DNA of 51,074 nucleotides. Source: Psammoneis japonica. Taxonomy: Eukaryota. The notes under the pieces are model-generated. The model made no database searches. It saw only the letters and a list, made by a program, of their open reading frames with translations, and had not been told where the DNA came from. The position numbers and the translations under genes were made by a program. The stretch lies in assembly GCA_008632985.1 (NCBI GenBank), contig QPGO01000220.1:62001-113074 (forward strand), given 5' to 3'. Positions 1-11,104 of the stretch are shown here, piece by piece. Position 1 is the stretch's first letter, and each line of letters starts with the position of its first letter.

Positions 1-237
1 GGAACCCGATACGACACTTCCTACGGTACACGAGAGATGACAAGCATACCATCCGACGAGCCGTCGTGGCTCGCATATTTGAACAGCGATTTTGACTACG
101 ACTACTATTGGAACTATTTCTCTCAATCGACATTGGGTGACGTGGTTGACTCGATGATAGAAGTCTTTTGGGACGACCGCGTCCGAGTCTTACTAGGCAC
201 GTCCGGGCATTATCCAGAGGGAAGCTACTGTGAGTAG
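1..237 (+). CDS. 3' end of an unidentified gene (truncated by window start)
   Basis: Open frame to TAG at 237 with normal TpA/CpG content and Tyr-rich sequence (DFDYDYYWNY); no recognisable family. Confidence 0.35.
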   Translation, partial: GTRYDTSYGTREMTSIPSDEPSWLAYLNSDFDYDYYWNYFSQSTLGDVVDSMIEVFWDDRVRVLLGTSGHYPEGSYCE

Positions 238-3200
238 GCTTAGCGACCCTATGTTCTCGTTGCCACCATTGCCTGTGTAGCGGTAGAGCTTGTGACAGGT
301 GTGTGTTGCTCCATTACATTAGTAGTTTTCATTTTTTTATCACCACTTGACGGAAACGCTGTCGCTGAAAAGGCACTTGTCATGCCCACGGTTTGTCTGT
401 CCAAGCCTTTCTTTGAGATTGTTGCTATGTGGCAATGCTTCGGAAGTCGCAGGAGCTAGGTAGAGCCATCTGTTGGAGCGTTTTTCCGCTCTTCAAGAGG
501 TTCGTTTTGGGTGAGCTCTCTGTCAGCATTTTGTCAGACACAAACTCTTCTATTGAATCACACTTGCTGTTGAGGATGCCCATCTCTGTATCACTGCTTT
601 GTCACCAGGCACTTCTGTCTCAAAGCAAACAAGGGTGACAAAACTGTCTTGTTGCTTGACAGAACATGACTCATTCTGTGCCACACAAATGGGCTGTTCC
701 TCCTGGTTGCAAACTCTTTGTTCTTGGAGGACTGGTGATTGCTTGCCAGCAAAGCCAAGACTGCAGCAGCAACTCTCTCCAGATTCCAGTGTGAGTGCGC
801 ACAATTCATCGCTGTGCCCTGAGCAACTTGCCACCTGGCTGCAGCTTCCCCGTGCTTGCTTTTCTTTCAAGGGGGTGGGTGGGTTGGGTGGTGCTGCTTG
901 GCAAGGATGAGGGGTGGTTGTTGGGTGGTTGTGCTGCTGTTGGCACACCTGGGTCATCTCTCACAAACCACACCACTCTTTGAAGCTGGCAATGACTTCA
1001 GGCAAGTGCAGAGGCACACTGCATGCTGGCTGGAGGGCTTTCTAGAAGTGCAGCCAGCTGTCTCTCTCCAAGAAATTTCTCTCTTCTCCTGCCATCTTTG
1101 TCCATGGGGCAGCTCTGGTGTTGTTGGCTGTGGCTGCAAGCCAAAACAATGGACCGAGAGTTTTGACTCTGTTTTCTTTGCTGGTCTTTGCCAGCTCTCT
1201 CCCTCTCCCTCTCAAATGAAATGGTGAGTTGGCAGGCATGGCCAACCACCCATCAAATGTGACTGACAAGGAACAGAAACCAGCCAAGGCAGAAGTCATT
1301 TGTTTGATGTTCATCCAAGTGCCGCAGATTGACAGCAGGCACAACAGCACAATTTTTGGTTTGCAGCACAACCCTTTCTCTGCAGTGCAAGTGCACCACA
1401 ACAGTGTGTCATTGCCAGTGTTTTGTTGTGTTGCATGTTGGAAATGTTGTGTTGTTTTTGGTGTTCTGAAATGACAAAACACACAACAATCATCAATGTC
1501 CATCTGCAAACACATCTGCAATGCAAAAAATGTGCTCCGTTGATGAATTGAAGACAGCACAGCCAGCGTGAATTTCTGGTGTGTCACTTCACTCACAAAC
1601 ACAAGTTTTTCTCACTTGTTTTCATGGCCCTCTTTCTCACCTGGTTTTCCTGTTTTGGTTTTCACTGGCTTCTCGCTGCACTTTGGCACAGTGGAGAGGG
1701 TCGTGGAGAAAGGAAGATTGTTTTGAAGATCATGATCGTGCTTCTTCTCTGCAGTGTTCAGGATGGATGTGTCAGTCATGACCACCAGATTCAGAGTGCG
1801 CACATTTCCTGGCTCCACATCAAGGCAAATGAGTTCATCAAACCATGCTTTTGAGTTCAATTGTGAAGCACACTTGCAACAGCAGTCACAAAATGCAGTC
1901 GCGCTGACACCAGATGCTCACTGCATTGCTCTCATCTGTGGCACCCTCTGCATTGTTGTGCAGATGCTCTGTGATTGTTCCTCCAAGATCACATCCATCA
2001 ATGCACTTTTGAAAGAAACAAAGTGATGCGTCAATGCAAACAATTTCATCAAACCACACTTGCTTTTGAGTTTGATTGCAAACCACACTTCTGACAACAG
2101 TTGTGAGACACTGCTGCACTGATGCCAGACACCTGTTGTTTTTTCTTGTCAATGGCACCCTCCATGTTTTGTTTTGCATGGCTCCAAGCAACCTTGCATT
2201 GGCCAGTTGATTCATTGATGGTTGCAAAATGCTGTTGCACTGATGCTGGGTGGTCATTTTGTTCTCATCCATGGCACCCTCCCATGTCATTTTGTGTGGA
2301 TTTGAGTGAGCTTGAATCAGTCGGTTGATTCAATGGTTTGGTGGTGGCAGCTGGGGAGTTGCAAGCTGATGACACAGCACCATCTCCTCCTGCATGGCAT
2401 GCACTGGTGGCTGTTGGTGTTGGCAGCAGTTCCAAGCAAGCTCACAAAGGAACAATTCACTGACAATGGGCCATGCATCATCTCTGAGCCCATGGCACCT
2501 GCCAAGCTGATGATGTCAATCTGGCACCATTGGATGGGGCATTGCCAGCATTGCCGCCAAGCTCCTCCTCATGTTCTCTCTAGCCTTGCATCCTCCACAA
2601 CATGCTCATCTGGAGGAACTTTGTGACATCATCCTTGCTGACACTTTCTTCAGGATCAGCACTGCAGCTGTGCTTTTTCCTTTTGGCACTTGGACCTTCC
2701 TTCTTCCTGTGCTTCTTGACAATCTGGCAGGCACCAGGCTCCTTTTGATTGGCTGTTTTCCCTCCATCCTTGTTGGAAGTCTTCATGGTGGCAGCCTTCC
2801 TCTGATTGATGGCTGCTGTCCCCAGAGCTTCCTGTGTGCACTCCTTTGTTGGAGTTGGGTGCACTGCTTCCTCTTCCTCATCATCAGAGTCACCTGTGTT
2901 GGTGGCAACAGGGGTGCCAGCAACACTGCAGGCAGCAGCTGGGTTGAGCTCACAATGCTGCACTTTGTCATTGTTCTTGTCACCTTCATCTCCTGAGCAC
3001 CAAAAAGCACCTCCATCATCCTCTGCCTCTGACATTTCTGCCTTTTTCTGCATGTCATGTTGGATTTTCTTGGCATGGCTCACTTCTTTGGGAAGGCAAA
3101 TTGGGTCACCAGTCAGGGCCTTGTGCCAGCACAGAGGCCAAAGCTTGTGCTTTTCAATGAATCTGCGGCATGGCTGTTGTCAGGAAAACATGCCATGTGA

Positions 3201-4613
3201 TCAGTGGCAACACACTCCCATTCCTCATGACAAAGAGGCAGATTGTTTTCTGGGGTGTCTGGAAGAACATCAGTCTCCTTCTGAGTGAAACCATTTCCTG
3301 TGTGGAAAAGGAAACAGACAGTGGCATTGCATCAGAAGTGCAAAGTTGAGCAAAAAGTGCACAACGGAAGATCCACTTCTTGCCTCTGCTTTTGCCACCA
3401 TGCTTTAGAGTGGCGACCTTTGTTTTCTGTTTTTTCTTCTTTGGGATGTTCATCAAACCCTTTGGCTTGCTTGACTTTCATGCTTTTTCATTTCCATCAC
3501 TGCCACCGGATCCACTGCACTGGTGTGACAACATGAGGAGACACTGTCACTGCTGCCAGACACACTGCCAGCATGAAGAGATGAGGAGGTGCAGTTGCCT
3601 GCTGCAGCATGGTGATTGCCATTCAGGCCTCTGGGCTGCAGTCGTTGTCACTGTCACAGCTGGGTGCAGTGTTGGATGACATGGCATGAGTGCAAAGTGT
3701 GTGCAAGAGAGAAACAAATTGTGAGCAACACTTGCATGGCTGATGGAGAGGAGCATGGTGGCAGTGGTGGTCAACCCCATGAGAAACCAATGTTTTGTCA
3801 CTGTCTTTGCACATGCTGCAAACCCTTTATCTTTGCACATGCTGCAAACCACTCAGTTGGACAACAAGTGCACTCTGTCCATTGCAAATGCAGCAACAAA
3901 CTGCAGTCCCATGATTGCCAATGCAGTTGATGCCAACACATGCACACAATCCTGTGTGCCCACCTTTCTTGAGAGGGCAGCAACTGATGCTCAGAAACAC
4001 AGCAGTCCCATCCTGTCCCATCAAACATCATGTGCACTCAGGCCATTCCATGAATGCAACAACTGATGGCAGCCTCATGTCATGGATGCATGGTGGAGAG
4101 TGGCGCATCAATCGTTTCTTGCAAGCAACTGTGTGAGTTGATTGGGTTGTGTGCCATGATTTGTGTGTCGTCAAAAATTTGTGCGATGAGGCCAACTTGT
4201 CAAACAAATTTGTGCATTTGCGTGCAAATTGGTGCTTTTGCACCAGAATTTCTGTCCTCAACTTTGTCACAAATTTGTGTTTTTGTGTTTTTAGGAATGC
4301 TCCAATGTTGTGCTTTGGTGGTTTGCAACCCAAGCCCCACTCTCTTTTTGTTTTGCTTGAGTTGTGCTCCCTCTGACAAGAAACTTGCTGTTCTCCATTT
4401 TGTGCTCCTTTTCATTGACAACGGCTGAGCACCAGCACCCCAACTCCAAATGTTTGTCTGCAACCTTTGCCTCCAAGAGCTCTCTCAACTGACATTTTGC
4501 AATGAGCCCCTCTTGTCATGTTGCTGACAGCCTCAATGATGTTCCTTTCTTTTCAAGGGAGGCATCTTCTCTGCAGCTTGTGGAGGAGTCAACTCCATCA
4601 CCTCATCAGGAAG

Positions 4614-4821
4614 AGGCAACTGTGATGGAGAGCAGCCTTGCTCAGCACCTCAGCTGGCAACAGCCTCCAATCCACACTCCTCAGCAACTTTGCTTTGAGC
4701 GTTTGTCTCATGGATGCAGGCAACTGTGATGGAGAGCAGCCTTGCTCAGCACCTCAGCTGGCAACAGCCTCCAATCCACACTCCTCAGCAACTTTGCTTT
4801 GAGTGTTTGTCTCATGGATGC
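4614..4821 (+). repeat. Tandem duplication, 2 x 104 bp
   Basis: AGGCAACTGTGATGGAGAGCAGCC...CTCATGGATGC at 4614-4717 and 4718-4821; one mismatch (GAGCGT vs GAGTGT). Confidence 0.95.
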
Positions 4822-7800
4822 ATCATTTTGAACCCACCATTGTGCTGTCCTCCCTGGTGGATGCTCAAAGGAAGAATCTCACAGTGTTTTTTCTTGCAGC
4901 AACTCTTCTGTTGATGAAACAGGTGATCATCAGGTGATGACTCTGATGCACCCACAATTCACAGCAATGACAAGGTCAGGCATTTTCAAAACAGCTTTGA
5001 ATCTTTGTTTCAGCCTTTGCACAATGAAGATGTGTGTGGCTTGACCTCAGATGGTTCCTTTGAGTTTGCAGATCCCATCAACATTGAGGACCTTGGCTCC
5101 CCTGCATCTCTTCTTCAAGACAGCCATGCTCTGGTGGAAATGAGTTCTCTGACAAAGAAGCTTCATCCTGTGGAAGAGGACCTTGTTGTCATGGTGAGAA
5201 ACAACCACCTTCTGGCTCACTTGCACCAAGACATTCTTCCCTTCTGCCACTGTGCACTCCAGAGCAATGGCAAGTTTAGCAAGATTCTGTCCTGTGCACA
5301 ACAACCATGAGTCAAATGAAGAAGAAGCTTCTTCCTTGCACCAGCCCACCTCCTTGCCAAGATGCGCTGGTCCTGAATTCCCTCCCATGCATGTGCGCCA
5401 ATCTTCTTTGTTCCACAATGCCTGCTGTCTTTCCAAGATCTGCAGTTTCACAAAGATGCCATGTGACTCTGTGAAGAGCACCAGCACAGTGCCAAAGATC
5501 CCAGCAACTGTGTTTGCAGGCCTCTGAACAGCAGTGGTTGGTGGAAAGAAGCTTGTTAAGAGCTGTTGCAGGACCTGGAAAACACTTGATGATGACTGCC
5601 CACCAGACCTGTCCTCACTTCATTGTTCCCCCACCATTGCCCGCTTTTGACAACTCAACCTTCTGTGACCAAACAGGGAGGCTGGTCACCCAGCCAGTTC
5701 TTTGCACCATGATTGGAAACATTGACAATTGTCTCTGCCACCCAGCAAAGAGCTGGTTTGTTCTGGGCATGACCCCAATGTGTCCCAAGTCCTGTGATGA
5801 AAGGCCTGAGGACAGAACACAGTGGACTGGCAAGAGAGCTGCATCAAGTTTTGCCACAATGCTCTTTGTTTTGTTTTTGCTGAAACCAAAGGCCTTGCAT
5901 CTGTGAAGCAAGGAATGCGGATTGACCATGGTGACAAACTTGGCATTCATCATTTGCAACTCTGCTTGTGCATGACAACAGGCAACACAAAAGGCCACAT
6001 GGGTGACGACATGTGTTTTGCCATTGCAGCTCTCACTCCTCCAACTTCTCCAGAATGGCCCATGATTGTGGCACCCCCCAAAAGCTCAGGATGACCCTGC
6101 CTTTGTTCATGAGTTTGTTTGTCAATCTCAGATTTCCAAGATGGTTGAAGATTCATTCAAGGTTGTGGAGTCAAGAGAACATGGCAAAGTGACTTCTGCC
6201 AGAGCATCAGCTCAGAAGAGTTTTTCAGCTCATTGTTGAAGCTGCACTCTGGGACATTCCAAATGGCGGGGGCAACGTCAATGGTGTCAATGGACATCTG
6301 CCCAGGAAAGTGCATCATTTGTTTCATCTTTTGACAATCATGAAGCACTTGCTTGAGGCCCTGCTCAACTGTCATGTGTTGCCAAAGTCAGCAAGGGAGG
6401 GGCATTTCTCTCCTGGTTGCATTGGAAGAAGGTGCCAAATGCCCTCTGAGGGAACAGGCAGCTCTGACAATGTTTCAGACTCAGAGGATGAATTTTTTCA
6501 ACTTGTCCAAAATGTTGGTGGGGTTTCTCTCATTGGCTCCAAAGTGCTGTGCTTCACTGGAAGAAAGGAAGTGATGATCTTCTTTGGCAGCTGGTTGAAA
6601 CAGCTGCACTCTTGGTTGAAAGCATGAAGAGCTTGGACTGAAACATCCTCTTGTTCCAGAAACAGGCATGACAAGCAGGGCTGTCAATCTTGTGCTTGCC
6701 TGTTTTTCAGGGATGCTGACCAGTGGCATGTTTGACAACTGGGTCACACGTGGCAGGCACTGCAAAAAGTGAAGTCAAATGAAGTGGCAGATGCCAATGT
6801 GTTGTCCACACTCAGTTTGTTGACAATGACCTGAAGAAAGGAGGGAGTTGGGAAATGGGAAGAAAGACAATGCAACAATGGAGACAGATGCATTGATCCA
6901 AACAACACTCACCAACTTGGATGGAAAGCCAAGTCCAAAGAGCAATTGGAAAATTGACAGATGGTTCCCAAAGGCAGTGGGGCACACAGACTGAAGAAAC
7001 TCCTCCAATTTTTGCAGCTGTTTTTTGCTGCCAGACTTCTTCTTGTGTTTCAAACTGGAGGTGTGGTCTCATGTTTCACTTTTCCATGCAATGCCATTCT
7101 GTCCTTTTTGAGTTTCACAATTTCTGCTCACCAAGGGATCTCTTGGTCTCTGCATCACCATCCAAAAGCCCATGTCTTCATCTGCATCATGACAGGAACT
7201 CAACATTTTTGATTTTTCCTTGAGATCAGAGATCATTTTGGCCTTGTTCAGAGTTGCCTCTTCATTTTGTTGGATTTGAGGCTCTTTTTTTTTTAGTTTT
7301 GTCAACTTGTCAAACAGTTTTTTCTGATGCTGAGCAACCAACGTGATGCAGAAAGCTGGCCAAGTGTGGGTCCCACCAGTGAGGAGCCTCAATGTGGTGT
7401 TGGGAAGGGTTGACAAACTTTCCATTGATTCACAGGCAAGATCATGAGATGAGCTGGGGATGGTGTCAAACTCAACAAGTTTGCTGGGGTGCAAACCACA
7501 ACCTTCATCGACCTGGCCAGAGTCTTTGCTCGTTTTCTTCTCGGCACCATGGCAAGCAAACAAAGCTTGGTGGCAAACCTGTTGTGTGCTGTTGCTGTGG
7601 GGAGCGAAGGAGTGCAAGATGAAAGCTTTGTGTTCCTGCATCAGACAGGGTGATGTTGCAAGCAAGTCAATGAGTCTTTGAACAAAAAATTGAACAGAAA
7701 ATTGTGAGCAAGATGGAGTTTTCCATGCAAGAATGGAAAGTGCCAAACAAGACTCAAAATGAATTGTGACACATGCAGACACAACAGCGATGTCATTGAG

Positions 7801-10233
7801 AGGTGAGAACAAAGAATGGCATGCACAAACAGAAACACCTTTGCCAAAAAACAAAAAAAAAATCAAAACCACACTGAGGCAAAAAAGCAGGGAACATGTG
7901 GGTGAAAACTCATTCTTTGCAGCCTGTGCAGACAGGTGCAACACAAAAAAGGGGACCGTGGGTGCTGACATGGGTTGATGATTTGAAAAGACACAGCACA
8001 CTTGCAATGCCACCATGCACCAATGCAACAAAGGAAGATGGGGACAAAGTGAAGCAAGCACACTTGTTGTCTGAAAAAGATGAAAGAACAATGGATGATG
8101 TCAACAAGGTTGGGCACAAGAAACAAAGCAGGTTTTGTCAAGCATGTTCAAAAGAGAAGCACAATGCTCACAATTGGCTTTGCTGCATTTGTGGTCATCA
8201 ACAAAAGAAGAGCACACAAAGTGCCAGCAGAAATTCTTGGCCAGATGTTTGTTGTGTGCAAAAAACAACAAAAAGGTGAGAAGCTGAGGCACAGAAATGA
8301 TCAATGAAGTCTTCACAAATGTCGTGCAATGGCACAATGTTGCTGTCAAATGCTGAGCTGCAGGGAGATGACATGTCAAGGGACAGCAAATCAAGGGATG
8401 GTGGGCAAGAAGCTGGCAAGATGCAAGAAATTACAAGTGTCTCCAGTTGTCAATGTTGGAAGGCAGGAAGCAATTTTGGTGAAAGAGGCAGATTGCAAAC
8501 AAGGGCTGGCAGCAAAAACCAAATGTCACAATTGGTCAGTGCAATGTGAGCTGCACAAAATGCAAACTGCAATGCATTGGTCAACAGACAAATGCAAATG
8601 AGCAGCAAACAATTGTGTGCAGGTGTGGTGTTGGCTCTTTGTTCGTGGTGCAAAAAACAGCAAGGACACACACACATGAGCATGCCAGACAATTGTGAAC
8701 AAAGCAAACAACAACTCAGCAAACACAACCCAAAGTCAAAACAGATGAAGAACAAGTTGTGCATTTTTTGTCACAAGACAGAGCCAACACATGCAAGTGC
8801 ATGATTTGCAGTTCTTTGCAACTTGTCATTTCACACTTTTGTTTTGCACATTCAAACAAGCCAAACATTTCAGACAATTGTTGTTTGCTGAATGACAAAG
8901 AAGTCATCTCTCTCTCTCTTTCTCTCTCTCTCAATGGCCTCTCTGTTTGCAATCCAGTGGGATGAAACTGGGGACCATGTGAGATGCAAAGGTTGCAGCA
9001 TGAGAGCAAATTTCCAAGGTTGTGTGAGCAACTGCAGCAGAGCAACAATGATGTGATTGAGTCTAATGCGTTGTCGCACGTGGTTGCGGAGGTTTGAGGT
9101 TTGAGAGAGGTTGTGAGCAGCAAGGGTGGGCCATTGCACCTTTCCAGAGCTTCCAAAGTTTGCTTGATGGTGGGTCATTTGGATGGCATGGGATGTGCAA
9201 GAAGACAGGGTTCTTTAACTGGGCTCTTCAGCTGTGGCAGCATTGCCAAAGATGAGGTTTGCACATGCTTTGTGGAAGAGTGGCAGTGGTTTGCTGGGCT
9301 TGTGGCCTTGGGCTTGCAGTCAGTGGCAGAGCAGTTTTATTTTTGCTTTGGCATCATCTCCTTGGTTGGAGCAGAGGTTTTCAAAGCAAAAGAGCATGCC
9401 TGTGATTGGGCCGGTGAGTGCTCCAGGCAGGTGAGCTGAGTGTGGTGGGATGGACAAGCACAAACTCATTTCTTTTTCACAGTGGGTGGCATGAACATGT
9501 GAGACTTGGAGTGAGATTGTGAGGTCCATGAAGCTCACTTGTGGCTTCTAGGGCCTGTGATCCAGGTGACATCAAAGTCATTGAGCTTGGAGGCAAATGC
9601 TTCCCAGGTTGCAGCATTGGTGGCGGGGTTGGTCGGGACATGCCAAGTGCAGCATGAAACTGTCACACACACAAAATTGCAACTGTGCACTGCACACGTG
9701 TCAATTGCACCACAGTCGTGGATGCACACAAAGGACAAAACACTCACACAGAGTTGATCAGAAGTCAAAAATTGCAAATGCAATTGACAGATGATGTTGA
9801 CATCTCATGTGTCAATGCCAGTCGGCCGCATTCGGACAATCTGTTGTCACGACTGCATTCTCTGAAAGGCCTTTTGTCTGCAGAAGCAGCGCAGAAGCTT
9901 TGGGCCATTGAGAGCTTGTTTGGAGAAACCAAAAATCACAGAGCAAAATTTAATCTCACAATTTACACTTTGTTTGTTTGCACTCATTCTTCGAGCACAG
10001 TGCACAAGTGCCAAAGACGTCGTCAATGAAGTGTGTTTGTGCAGCAGAAAAGTAACCCCATGACAAGGCCAGACACAGTGCTCCAGATGGATCAGAGCTC
10101 TCATTCTCTGGAATCACCACTGCCAACAAATGTGACAAACAAATCAGAGAAGCCAGCGCTGCACAAAAGAAAGCAGCCAAAGAATTTTGAAGCCCCACGA
10201 CAAGGCCAGACCGCGCTCCAGATGGGTGAGCTG

Positions 10234-10237
10234 TCTC

Positions 10238-10268
<31 letters not shown>

Positions 10269-10292
10269 CCCCCCCCTCTCTCTGTCTCTCTC
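10234..10292 (+). repeat. (CT)n microsatellite; a second one at about 8907-8932
   Basis: Direct reading of TCTCTC runs. Confidence 0.85.
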
Positions 10293-11104
10293 TGCCTCTT
10301 CTCAATGACCCTGCTTGCTTTCATGAAAATGTGCTGTGCACTGCTGCAGCTGCTTGTGTGTGCATTGCTGCAGAGCTGGGGGAGAAGCGGCAGCGAGGGG
10401 CTCTTTCTCTCCAGGAGAAATGTTTTGCAGCAAAGCATCATCTGCAACACACTCTTGGTTGGTCTTATCTGCTCTTTCCATTTTGCGGCACTCCTCCTTG
10501 ATTGCTCCCCCTTGCACTGCTGTGTTGCAAGAAGAAGTGCGTTTCCAGCTTCGGCGCACAGCCAGTCACAGTGGTTGAAAGGCACAATCGAAGTGCATCT
10601 ATTACATTTTCATCAATGCTGGATAAATTTGTATCCATGACACTGGGGCAATGTCACCCCAACGTCACGTCATGATGACACACTCACACACTTCAACTTG
10701 GGTTTGTACTGAAGCTCCTGTAGAAAAAGCGAACCCTGATGACGTGGCTACATCTTCTGGAGACGGGTGGCTCTGAAAGCCCTTGCCACCCATCAAGGTT
10801 TAGTACAAGCTGCGTAGCATTCTACGGAATGAGGCCAGTCCCACACTTTTTGCGTAAATTCTACGTGGAAACATACCAGCCTTGCAGCAGCAAGCCATTC
10901 GAAAAAAAAATGATCACCGCCTCATCTCCAAAAACATCGCCAAGAGGGTGTGAAGAACGAAGCAACGCTTTCTGCTGTTACGCTTTTGGCCCTCGGGCAT
11001 CTCAATCACACAAACAAGACACTTTTTTTCACTTGACAAGCGGACGGTTGGTCCGTTCTGAAATAGCAGCGCAGTAGAGAAAATACAGCAGCAACAACGA
11101 AACT

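Larger units (their letters stand above)
400..10620. repeat. Heavily degenerated repeat/transposon-derived domain almost devoid of TpA and CpG
   Basis: Few TA or CG dinucleotides over about 10 kb and a large TG/CA excess. Many Cys/His/Gln-rich, Tyr-free ORFs in all six frames end in TGA. Fragmentary coding-like remnants lie on the minus strand (about 2.5-3.5 and 4.4-7.1 kb). The element family cannot be identified. Confidence 0.7.

Noticed and set aside
2500..3460. PIF/Harbinger Myb-like accessory gene remnant
   Set aside because: Only a vague resemblance (basic tract, RGKKW, acidic region); too degraded, and no transposase or TIR could be identified by eye.
4614..4821. CRISPR-like array
   Set aside because: Two adjacent 104-bp units with no spacers, in a eukaryotic context.
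429..10640. Dozens of 60-340-aa ORFs as real genes
   Set aside because: They overlap in all frames, lack Tyr and have no recognisable motifs; loss of TAA/TAG explains them.
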